From NCBI GenBank assembly GCA_010093605.1, contig MU004188.1:995673-1059672 (forward strand): 64,000 nt of DNA, read 5' to 3'. Below are positions 22,589-33,686 of this stretch, one piece after another (the stretch's first letter is position 1; each line of letters starts with the position of its first letter). The DNA comes from Lophium mytilinum (lineage: Eukaryota). The position numbers were made by a program, and so were the translations under genes. The notes under the pieces were generated by a model. It saw only the letters and a program-made list of their open reading frames with translations, was not told where the DNA came from and made no database searches.

Positions 22589-25500
22589 ATGGAGGAGCAA
22601 CTAGTGCAGCTGCTGTCCGCCACACAATCATCCTCAGAAGGACCCCGCAAGTCTGCAGAGGCCCAGCTGTTGTCCCTCTACGGCCACCCCGAATTCTCCC
22701 TGGGCCTCATCAAGATCGCCTCTCACGACTCCGTCCCCTTGAACATTCGGCAAGCCTCGCTGCTCTACCTGAAGACTTTCGTTCTCGCCGCTTGGTCACC
22801 ACAATTCGACGAGTTCAAGGGCCAGGTCCTGGTTCGAGATGAAGAGAAGGGCCAAGTGCGGACCTCGTTGCTCGACCTGGCGACGAGTGACCAGGAGGAC
22901 AGAAAAGTGAAATCGGCGGCCAGCTATGTCGTCAGCAAGATTGCTAATGCCGATTTCCCTGAGCAGTGGCCGGACCTGCTGCCGAAGCTGTTACATCTGA
23001 TCCCCATTGGGACCGACGGGCAAATACATGGTGCGCTGAAAGTTTTGGACGGGCTCGTCAATGATTGCTTCAACGAGGAGCAATTTTTCAGCGTGGCAAG
23101 AGACTTGATAAAGGTTCTGTTTGATGTTGCAGTCAACGATGCGCGCAAACCAGCGCTGCGGGCGTTGTCCGTTTCTGTCTTCAGAGGCTGCTTTGATATC
23201 CTGGAGATGGTCATGGAGGATCACAAGGTCATGGTCAAGGCATTCGCCGATGAGGCCCTGGCAGGGTGGCTTCCCTTCTTCGTCGAGGTCATGAAGTCGA
23301 GACTACCTCCCCCGCCGTCCGAGGAGGATGAGAATCAAGACATTGGAACCGCAGAGACTTATAGAGGGCTCGTCTCTCTCAAAATGCAGGTTGTTAAGGT
23401 AAGCTCGTCTGATAAGTGCTCCTGTGGATTTCTAATACTCAATTGGCATAGGTTCTTATGAGAATACGATCTGTCTTCGCCTCTATACTATCTCCGCAAA
23501 CCCCGACCCTCTTTTCTGCAACTTGGGAAGAGTTATCATCGCTTCAAACCGCATATCACCAGATGTACATAGAAGGAGAGCGGCAAAGCCGACTAGAAGA
23601 TGCCGATGGCCTACCGTATACCCTGGACTTTCTCGTACTGGAAGAGCTCGACTTCATGCAGGCCTGCCTGCGGGCTCCACCTGTTCGATCGGAACTGGAA
23701 AAGCAGCTGCAGTCAGCGCAAAACACCGAAGGTACTTGGGTCACTGAAGTTATGAAACTCGCTGTAGCGTATGCTCAGATCACGACGGAAGAGGAGGGGT
23801 TATGGAATGTGGATGTTAATATTTTCCTATCCGAGGAGACGAGTGTCACTGCCAACTACACTCCGAGAACCGCGTGTGGTGATTTGGTCATTAAGCTCGG
23901 CGAATGGCTGAACACTGCTACGGTTGAGGGTCTCCTCTCCTACACTCGGACCTTGTATTCGACTACGGAGAGTTGGAAAGCCAAAGAAGCGGTCCTCTTT
24001 GTGCTCAATCAGCTTCTATGCGATTTCCAGGATGTAGACAAACAGATTGCTCCGGAAGCCGCCAATGGTTTCCTCGATTTCATTCGCTACGCGATGCAAC
24101 AGCCGGACGCCTTCCTGAGAGCACGAGGGTACTTAGTAGCTGGCAGTCTGACAAGAACTTCTGGTGATGGTCTCCAGCAAGTTGCGACATCATTCCTAGA
24201 AGCTTCGCTCCATGCCATTACGAATGATAAATCAGAGGTTGTTCAAGTATCTTGCATTCGGGCCCTGCAATTCTACCTCCAGGCCATTCCGCCAGCCATC
24301 ACCTTACCTCTACAGAACGACATCATCTCAGCGCTGTCTACGTACCTTCAAAGCCAAGACATACAGGAGTTGGCGGAATGCGACGATTTAATGGTTACGT
24401 TCGTCGAAACGCTGCGAGATGCAATCATGCTCGATACCTCGGTCTGTCTCACTGGTGGTGGCTTGGATCTTCTCTTCAGCATCGCGAGCCACGGCGCGGG
24501 CAACTTCCAGCTAGTTATGCTAGTCAACGAGACATTCGAGGAGGTGACAGGGACAATATCGGCTATGGGAGCCGAGGCTTATGTGAAGTTGTGTGAGAAG
24601 GTGCTCCCATCGCTCACAGGCGCTTTCGATATTGGTAATCTAACCGAGGAGAATGCTTTAACAAACGTATGTTAATTGCCTTTCCTCGCATCCCTCCTCA
24701 TAGATGCAAAAGGTCGCTAATACACTGTCGCAGCTGGCTGCTGAGCTTCTTGCCGTTCTTGCAGAACATGGATCTAAGCCTCTGCCTCAGGGCTTCGTCC
24801 AGGCCACCATGCCGAAGCTCAACCGCCTATTGCTCGGCTCCCACGACGAAGAATTGCTCAAAGCCGCTACTACTGCCATTAAGAACATCATCATGCATGA
24901 TCATGCACAACTCTTTGCGTGGCACGAAGAGAACGGCAAAGGAGGTCTAGAAGCAGTTCTCATCATCATTGATCGCCTTCTCTCCCCAACAGTCGACGAC
25001 AACGCAGCCTCTGAGGTTGGAGCGCTAGCAGCCGAACTCGTCGAAAAGGCCGGCAGTGAATTGTTGGGACCGTACTTGCCTCAATTGTTAACCGCAGTGG
25101 CTGTCCGACTGGGTAGTGCTTCGCAAGCACAATTCATCCAAAGCTTGACTCTCGTCTTTGCAAGACTGAGTCTCATCAATGCGAAGGAGGTCATCGACTT
25201 CCTTGCTCAGATGCCGATTGATGATGAAAATGGTCTGCAGCTCGTACTGTCGAAGTGGCTAGAAAACTCCATTAACTTTGCTGGATATGACGAGATTCGG
25301 CAGAAGTAAGTCAAACTTTGTCAAAAAAGCTTCTTTTGAAGCAATTTTGCACGCAGTCGCTAACATCATGTTTCACAGCGTCGTCGCCCTCTCCAAAGTC
25401 TACGATCTGCAGGATCCGCGCTTAGAGCAGATCCAAGTAAAAGGTAATCTAATTGTTCCACAGAGCGACCGTATCATGACCCGCTCGCGCGCACGCACAA

Positions 25501-26135
25501 GTAAGGAGCCCCCTCCGAACCGCGATCGAATGCGTTTGAGAAGCCGGCCGCTGCGTCGGAAGATGGTTGAGTCGGATTGGTCGGAGTCGGATGATGAGTG
25601 TGACTTTCGTAAGGAGAATAAACCCTCTGCACGTGAAGACATGACACAATCTGAAGACAACCCACATCGATATCAACCCATCATCTACCTTTTTCCTTCT
25701 TCTCGATCTCGCTCTTGTACTCGTGCTAACGTTCTTTCAACAATAGCACCAGATCAATACACCTACATCCCCGCTTCCCTCAAGATCCTCAAAGTCCTTG
25801 TCAGCGAACTCCTCGCGGCCGCAGGAAGCTCCCTCGAGGCTGCAGCAGCAGCCGCCGACCTGGCCGACGATGTTTCCGACGACGGATCCTGGGAAGACGA
25901 CCCGAACCCGCTGCTTGATCTCGGCACCGGCATGACGAAGGAGCAGCTCATGGCATTTGCGAACGAAAGTGTTGGAAGCGGCTTTGGGCCCGCAAGCCGC
26001 CAGCGCGACGACGAGACGCAGTCGTATCTGGTCGGCTGGTTCCAAGCTGCGGCGGGCAGGCCAGGCTTCGAGGCCGAGTTTGCACGGCTGGATCCTGATG
26101 AGCAGGAGAAGCTGAGGAGCATGAGCTCTAATTAA
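22589..26135 (+). CDS. KAP114: Importin-9 / Kap114 (importin-beta family); 5 exons
   Basis: IBN_N-like start MEEQLVQLLSAT...RKSAEAQL, then IANADFPEQWPDLL, NYTPRTACGDL and spliced IMTRSRARTTPDQYTYIPASLKILKVL, followed by an acidic tail. Confidence 0.9.
25586..25659 (+). ncRNA. Candidate intronic box C/D snoRNA
   Basis: Box C ATGATGA at 25591-25597, C'-like GTGAAGA at 25633-25639 and box D CTGA at 25651-25654. A short GTC/GAC terminal pairing and a flanking stem are present. It sits inside the 246-nt intron 25501-25746. Confidence 0.55.
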
Positions 26136-27546
26136 ACGAGACGAGAAGAGTAGGATCGGACGGGAGAAGTCACGCTGCGGTACAGTTTAGAGGACAGCAG
26201 GTTTTGGGTAAATGAAGGATGGGGTGGGTGGTGCTAGCGGCCGGCGACTAGTTCCGTATCGGAGCGGTTTAGTGGACTCAAAAAGTACTTTTGAGGGTTC
26301 TGGGGGGGCGGAATAGGATTGATTGCATAGATGGAGTTCGGAGGGCATGCGATTGGGCGCGAGTCAGGAGGTTTTGCGAGGATGCATGGATTGGTTGACT
26401 GGGTGGTTGAGAAGCGGGTCGGAGGAGTAGTGTAGTGTAGGTAATTGTGATCCTTACAGTACATAGAGTTTGAAGGGAGCATAGCGCTAGTCCCGTATGC
26501 CTACATCAGCTTCTGAGTATGCGTCGGAACAGACTTCCAAAAAGTCTTTAAGAAACTTCGAGAGAGTTTCGGAACTTCGAAGCTATTCGCCTGACTCAGT
26601 ACTCAGTCTACTCCTCGTCTTTCAAGAGCGGAAACGAGTGATTCTGTAGGACAATGCGAAGAGCACTGCGATACATCACGCTACACCCTACACTTGAACT
26701 ATTATGAAGGGTAACCGGGGCTTGAATCTCATCGTGCGCGCCTGCTTTGTCTTCTGGGTACCACTGTGGTCAGTCTTGGCCGCCGAGTATGGCCCAGATG
26801 TTGAGCCCAGAGGAACCGAACGTTCCGTCCATTCGAGGCTCTGACGACCTTTTCGCATCACACTCAACCACTGTCACTTGTAACACAGGGAAAGAACTAG
26901 GGTTGGACTCGTCGTATCTAAAAGTACCAAAAAAAGCCCTACTCCAAGGCTCCCTGTAATCAATGATGGAGAGGGTGTCGAAGAAGTGCTGATGTAAGAT
27001 GGCGCGACTCAACGAGTAGCCACGTGGTAGCCTAGTCAGCTAGGCCTGGCTAAACCGCCCCTGATTAAACCGCCTAGCGCTGATGAGTCATCTAGCGGCT
27101 TGGCAAAAATCCGACTACTTCCTTTCGCTCGCCCTCCGCACCTTCCTGAAAATTATACTTACCTTGTTGGGATGGCCGAGCTCACAAATCCGGTCCATCT
27201 GGCAGACTGTCCTGCATTGCACCACGCGGCGACGGGCTGTCATGAATCTCCTTCGGGGGCTTCACCGGCGTAATTTTTGCTGGTCCGCTCTTCTGAGCAA
27301 CAACCTTTCTTTTCATTGATTGGCTCGCCTTGTGCGGGTGATTGAAGAAGAGCTTCGTGTGTGGTGTTCAATGGCGGGGATGGGGTGATCCTCTGGTGGA
27401 TGTGTGGGATGAGCTTCGACGATGGCCGAATTCAACGCTTCTGCAAATGTTTCATTCCTGACGTTATGGACACTATCGTTCCGGGCTCTAGAAAGACAAT
27501 GACTTGCTGATATGATCCCAATTGCAATGACTACGTTCGACCGTTT

Positions 27547-28760
27547 TCAACCAATGCAAACATCCTTCTGCTGCCGCACCTCCCCGAACGCAGATACCAG
27601 GCCAGCGTAGTGCACAATGCCAGCCAGCAGAATTATGACATGGAATATCTGATGGCTTGCCCCAACGAAGTCGAAGGTGCATGGGTACCACCGCTCTGGT
27701 ATCTGCAATTTGTCAGCGACACTGCTTAGACATCACTCCCCTCAAGACATACCCTGGCTGCATAGAACGCAGCACCGACTATGTTGAGAGATCCCATCAG
27801 AAGCATCCAATCCAGCGACATCCGCTTCATCTGGATGTCCAAACCGTGGAGCAAAATTCCATGTGCGATGAAGACAAGTGCTGACAGTCCTAGACCGGCG
27901 TAAATCATCGCTCTCGAGGTCCGGAACGTTGGAGACGAGAAGCGAGGATGAATCGTGAAGGTGATGCAAGCACCGGCCATCGCAGAGATAAGCAAACCGT
28001 AAAAGTTGCGTATACTGGCGTCGCAAAAGAAGCCGTAGTATATCGATGCGATGCTAGCGGACCACATCAATAGGACGATCCCGAAGTAATCGAGCTGGTA
28101 TCCCTTTCGCGCCCATGCCGGGCTGTGGTTCCAGATGATATGGCAGCTGTCTGGGCTCAGCAAAGCTGTCCTTATCTTGCAGCACAGGGAAAATGACGTA
28201 CCTCACAAAGCAGACGAAGCACGTCGAAACACAGAAAAAATATAGCATGAACAGGACGATGTCGGCGGACTTCGCATGTTCATTGAGGGTGTACACACGA
28301 TGCAGGAAATGGAAAGGGAAGAGAGCAAACACCACTGCTCCAAAAGTATGGGAGTCTATATTGATGGTTTCATTGTGCCAGTGGAAGATGCTCAATACAG
28401 AGCTACTCAAGGAAGGCGAGGTTGGCCTTCCCTGTTAGCTTCACCTCGAGAAAAAGCATACGAAGCTTACCGATACCCAGAGCGTAAGTACTCATTCTCT
28501 CTGGTTGGATGTCTAAGAAGAACGTTTCCAGCTTAATTGTCAATGAAAGGCTTCACGTACCGCTGCCACTTAGCTGCAATATACGTCAGCCTCCACAGCC
28601 TCTCTACTCTCTGTTGATGGTAGGGTTACTTACGAATCTTGTCTATCGTCAACAAACGGTCTTCTATTATACCTATTTCATTCTCGCTCATGCCCATGAT
28701 ATCCGATTCCTCACCAGAAGGGCCCCGTTCAGAGGCCATACGCACCTTTGAAAGAGCCAT
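27547..28760 (-). CDS. PAQR / hemolysin-III / IZH family 7-TM membrane protein; 6 exons including a 13-nt micro-exon
   Basis: Spliced LLTIDKIP|KWQR|ENEYLRSGYR|PTS...HNETINIDSH, then LDYFGIV, IPERWYP and ASHQIFHV. Confidence 0.85.
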
Positions 28761-29114
28761 TTGAAATGAAAGAGTTGTCGGAAAAGCGAACGAAGGTCTG
28801 AATTCGAGATGTTGTCTCCTAGAAAGTAGCCGCCAGGCTTTGAGTGTGCGGTAGTATAAAAACCAGTGCAAGGTAGTCTTGGTCATGACTGAGTCAGATA
28901 TCAGAGCTCTGAATGGGCCTGTGCACTATCACATTCCACAGATATGTAAATTCCAAGCTACGACTCCTTGTTCTCGGCATAAACATGCGACAATATTGAG
29001 TTATAGCTGCGAATTTTAGACAAAGGACAGACAGACAGCGATCAAAGGGGCGCTGAAACCCCATCACCAATACCCCAAAATGCATCATTCCACGCTCACC
29101 CTCCCAAAACTCTC

Positions 29115-29573
29115 CTAACAGCTAGTGCACTCCTGGCACAAGAAGCTCGTGATTAATTTCCCCGCATCCACAACGTTCCCGGACGCCGGATCCTTGAACT
29201 GATGGAGGTTCGTCTCTCCAGGCGGGTAGACGAAAGCATCACCATGCAGCGTGCATTCATCAGCGGTACTGATAATCGTTAGCACTTATTCTCTCACTTT
29301 CTCCACTCTCTTCTTCCAGCATAACCGGTAGACCTACTAGGTGATGCGGCAGTACGCTCCTGGGTCTACTGCAACCGAGCCTACGTTCCCGTAAAGCGCC
29401 ACAGGGACATTGTGGCAGGTGTTGTAGTCATAGACCTCGTGGTCGTGGGCGCCGGTGTTGTTGAAGTTCTCCAGGACGTAAAATGTGACGCCAGCGCCGG
29501 CACGTTTGGATTCGGTTGGGAGGGCGGTGGTGAGAGTGATAAGGGCGGCGATGGCGGCGATGGTGAACTGCAT
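29115..29573 (-). CDS. Small secreted Cys-rich protein (about 130 aa, 6 Cys), possibly beta/gamma-crystallin-like; intron 29269-29337
   Basis: Signal peptide MQFTIAAIAALITLTTA followed by LPTESKR (Kex2-like KR). The spliced second exon reads YTADECTLHGDAFVYPPGETNL...ITSFLCQECTSC*. Confidence 0.8.
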
Positions 29574-31584
29574 TTTGATATTCGTTGGGGGTGTTGAAGT
29601 GTGAGTGATGGAGTTTTAATAATGAACAGGATGAACGAATGGGTGGTTGGATGAAGCGACTGAGATAGTGATTGATCGCGGTTTTTATGTTTCAAATTGA
29701 GTCTGAATTGGAAGATGCTGTTGATACCTGTTGCAATCCGGCTCCTCGTAATACTTATATAGCTACTTCCTGATAATGGGGCTTAGATGGCATTGAAGCG
29801 ACTGTGCGTGACTTCACCTCATCCTCCGAGACACCCACGTCACGAATTGCTGTCTACAAGCGGTGAGGCATTAGTCCCATTACTGATCTAGGTAACTATC
29901 GCCACATCGCCCAATACCAATACGTCCACAAGCACTACCGTCTTGTCTGAGCCTATAATACGCCCCTAGACATGCTATTTTAACCTTACGTGTTCGAGCG
30001 TATCAGGTCGTCGGCGCTTGACAGCTCCAATCCGGATCCACGACTACGCTGACGGGTCTATGCCAGGGGGAGCGTATATTTACGCTCAGTCAAGACGGTA
30101 GATCTCGTGATTAGACAGCAAACACGGACGACTGAGGTGTCCCCGCATCGACCTGCATAGGGGCAAAGCGAGGCTGACAGTGCAGCGAGCACCGAACACC
30201 GAAACCAATTCTGTCATGGGCACATAACACGAAGGATCCTCCTTGAGAGTGGGGATATTGATAGGGAAGGTTGTTGGCTGGGAGCGAATCTGACAGAGAT
30301 CGCACTGATGTGCATGGCGCTGCGCCACCCGTGTGATCCCTGACGCGGGTCTGAGTGACGACGTCTATTTTTACTTGCCCCACACGACGCTTTGGGAGAG
30401 AGGATCGGTCTCACGGAGTGGCGTTGCTGGGGAGGGTAGCATTTCCATGTCCTGGGGATTTCTGGCTCGTAATGGAGTGAGACTTCCAATCTTTGGGGCA
30501 ATATCCATGGACGGTTAAGCTTCGGTCTTCATCCCTTTTGCTGATTGATTAGTCGACCTAACGCATACTTTTAACATCTCTGGAGGTGTTTTCGGATTCG
30601 AGAGTTTGTGGAGAATTGTGTGAAGAGTTGAGGTTGAAGTTCGAATATAAGAAAAGAGAGAAGAGAAAGCGGGGAAGTGAATCTCAACCAATCAGAGCTC
30701 GCTTGAATTCAGCCTATTCTCCCGTCCGATGATGTAGCTCCCGCTACTAAAGAAGTGACTTGATTGCGATTGCTTTTAGTCCGTATATAATTAAAACGCG
30801 TTTCTTGTTAGCATAAGAGGAGTGGGGAGACAAGATGTCTGAAACGTCGAGGCTACCTGGGGAGGCAGCTTCTAGCACTCTCGTCCGACCATCACACTGC
30901 AGCGCATACTATCTCAGATGCGTCATACTGCTCAGGCAATCAAGGCCCTTGCTACCGTTGTAAGGCTCTGTTTAGAATGTTGGCTTGAGGACGTTGCTCA
31001 GCACAAAGAAGCATGTCGAACAACCGCAAATAATCGAAAATATGTAATATAGTCCAATCACGACTCAATCGTCGCTTGATATACCGCTATGGAATCAAGT
31101 CCACTTCAATCCAAATCCAAATTAATCCATCGTATATACTGATTCTAAAGCACTCAAACCCACCCATTTGTTTTCCAGACTTGAGAAGGAGACGAATAGA
31201 AATGAGAAGTGGAGGACAGTTGACCTTGACAAAGAAGTGAAGGTTTGGTAGAATGTGTTAGGAAATAGGGCAAAAGTTCAAGGACTTTGAACACACACCA
31301 CCCTCACGTACGCCATGATGCAAAATAAAATATCAATTACCCGTCTCAGCCCGGCCCCTAGAGAAGAAAAGAACTGAATGAAGTCGAATAGAACCGAGGC
31401 TACCTCCAGCCCCTAGCATTCATCCGTAAAACATCATGCATGCTGAAACCATCACTTCCCATCAGCTTCGTCGCTCATATCTGCTCATGACTGCGCCATG
31501 ACAGTTGCGGCACGCCTTTCGAACATCCAACACCCGTGCCTCTTCGCCATAAACACAACCCTTACCTTTCTCCCTATAAGCTCG

Positions 31585-32709
31585 CTATGCCCCGACAATT
31601 CCCACCCCGTTCGTGTCCATCGGACTCCCCCCTTCGCCGACTGCACCTCCGACCGCCCCAGTCCCACCGCTCCCGTTGGTTCTCCGCCGCCTTCCAACAA
31701 GCTTTTTCCTCCGGTCTACCGCCTGTCCGGGTGCCGCGTCCGCCATGTTCAAGTCATCATCTCCCATCTCGCTGCCTTGCCCTTCCCTGCCATCCCAAAA
31801 TCTCCTCGTCTCGTCTAGCTCCGTGATATCCACAGGCCGCATCCGCAACCACTTCATCCGTGGGCCACTCTTAGCTCGCTCCGAGACCCTGAACCCGTAG
31901 ATCCGTGGTTCATAAATGTTTCCAGGCCCTAGACCTGGCGCCATATTCGACGGGTTGATGCCGTTGATAGTGAGAGGTAGAGGGTTTAGCGAAGTACCGG
32001 TAACGCCAGACGCCTTTTGTGCGGCCTGGATCGCTAGGAGGGCATCTGCGGCGCCAGCGGCCGATTGCCGTACTGTGCCGATTTCGAGTTCTGGGAATGT
32101 CATGAAGAAGAGGCAGCCGAAGGTTGTCCCAAAGAAGGCGCCGTCGACAGTCTGGAAGCGGGAGTTCGGGGGTGTGTAGACATCCAGGCAACTAGGGCAG
32201 AAGAGCTTGACGGTTTCCGAACCCGGCGTGTCGCTGCAGCCGACGGGGAGCACCTTGCACAAGTTGCAGAACACACGCGGGCATGTGCCAAAGTGCTGCA
32301 GCTCGTACTTCTCTGCCATTTGTTGGATCCCCGGGCGCGAGGTGATGTAGCGCTGGTGTATCAGACCATATAATAGCTCGGCGGAGCTCTCGATGACGCT
32401 CAGGTCGGATGCCATTCGTAGGTGTCGCCGGTCGCTGGCTCGCCGGTAGCCAGTGGGCTTGTCGTCGCCCAGGATGTCTTCGTCCTCATCCTCCTCGTCC
32501 TCTTCCTCGTCTTCATCGTCGTCGTCTTCGGGCTCCACGTCCAAAATCATTTCTAGGGCTTCTTTGTACATGGGCACTTGTGATTGTAGGCCAGTGAGAT
32601 TAAAATCGTCCTCGATGAAGTCTTCACTCACTTCTGCAAAATACTCGTGGCCGAGTAAGCCGCAGAAGGATGATATCCAAGACTCAGCGACCTGGGAGGA
32701 GGAAGACAT
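31585..32709 (-). CDS. CKB1: Casein kinase II regulatory (beta) subunit
   Basis: SWISSFC...[22 protein letters not shown], an acidic loop, [10 protein letters not shown], the Zn finger CPRVFC...[17 protein letters not shown] and [10 protein letters not shown]. Confidence 0.96.
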   Translation of the reverse strand: MSSSSQVAESWISSFCGLLGHEYFAEVSEDFIEDDFNLTGLQSQVPMYKEALEMILDVEPEDDDDEDEEEDEEDEDEDILGDDKPTGYRRASDRRHLRMASDLSVIESSAELLYGLIHQRYITSRPGIQQMAEKYELQHFGTCPRVFCNLCKVLPVGCSDTPGSETVKLFCPSCLDVYTPPNSRFQTVDGAFFGTTFGCLFFMTFPELEIGTVRQSAAGAADALLAIQAAQKASGVTGTSLNPLPLTINGINPSNMAPGLGPGNIYEPRIYGFRVSERAKSGPRMKWLRMRPVDITELDETRRFWDGREGQGSEMGDDDLNMADAAPGQAVDRRKKLVGRRRRTNGSGGTGAVGGAVGEGGSPMDTNGVGIVGA

Positions 32710-33686
32710 GGTGTGGGGTATCGTATGCGCAAGGTTGCGCTGCTGGATTGTAATGGGTTGACTCTATATAACCGGGCACTATCCACAGCTTGGACAAGTG
32801 TGAAGGACCTGCTTTGGTATGCAAAAAATATGATGGAAGTTGAGCGTCGCAGTGGTGGAGTGGGAACTGCGCGCGTGGGGGTGTGGTGATGTTGTGGGTG
32901 TCGGAGTGGGGAGAGCGGCCTCCAGGGAGCGGAATGAGGGCTCGCAAAAGGGCTAGGAAGGCGCGGAGTCGCTAAAGCTTGCGATCGCAGAGGATCTCAT
33001 GAAGACGGGCGCATGTTACCAATGGCGGTCGCAAAGGCAGGGAGAGACGTGGTGATACGGGGGTCGCTGAGGTGGCTGCGGGGTGGCTAGGGACGTAGGC
33101 GTCGAGGGAGAGGCTCGGTGAATGCGGCTCGCGTTGCACACCTGGCGTAGCTGTGTAACTTGGACGGCGCGGAAGGGATGCGGAGGGGAGGATGTCCGTT
33201 AAGAGCGGCGTTGTGCGAGTTCGGAGTCGTTTGGAGAAGATGAAGCGTCCCACCAACGTCGACTCGCATCCAAATTCCTTCCCCCCTCGTCACGTGACTA
33301 CTTTAGAACGTAAGTACTCCCAGAGCGGTAGTCGCCATAAACGTAGGAGGTTGAGTTACCGACCATTTTATTAGTCGTCTTTTATGTCTCTACTTGAGGT
33401 TGTGAATTCTATTCCTTTCTTTACCCCTTACGCGAATGCTTGCTAGGCTATTAGGACATGTCACAACCTTAGTGCTTCGAGCAACCCTGCCAAATGGTTG
33501 GATTTGTCGTCCTCTCTAACAGGACTAGAAGATCGATATATAGGTTCTTAGCAACTATCCACTCACTTCTAATCCTTGGTACTTCGTAAATTCCTACGCT
33601 AAGGACATATACTACCACCCACTACCCATACCGTAGTATACCCAGCACGCCAAGCTGTTCCAACATCAACAGTGTCACGATACTCA

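Noticed and set aside
25601..25610. snR54-like guide (TGACTTTCGT) for 18S rRNA
   Set aside because: Only about 10 nt of pairing, and no D' box at the required spacing.
25612..25654. Resemblance to the U6 snRNA internal stem-loop (CCTCTGCAC...ATGACAC)
   Set aside because: No ACAGAGA box, AGC triad or poly-T terminator. Probably coincidental.
27150..27490. Coding-like minus-strand stretch downstream of the PAQR gene
   Set aside because: The frames are interrupted by stops and no family is recognisable.
27547..28760. PAQR gene as a pseudogene
   Set aside because: All apparent stops fall inside canonical introns once the micro-exon is included.
30086..30600. Possible small spliced gene on the minus strand
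   Set aside because: Intron-like signals exist, but no coherent ORF or motif could be assembled.
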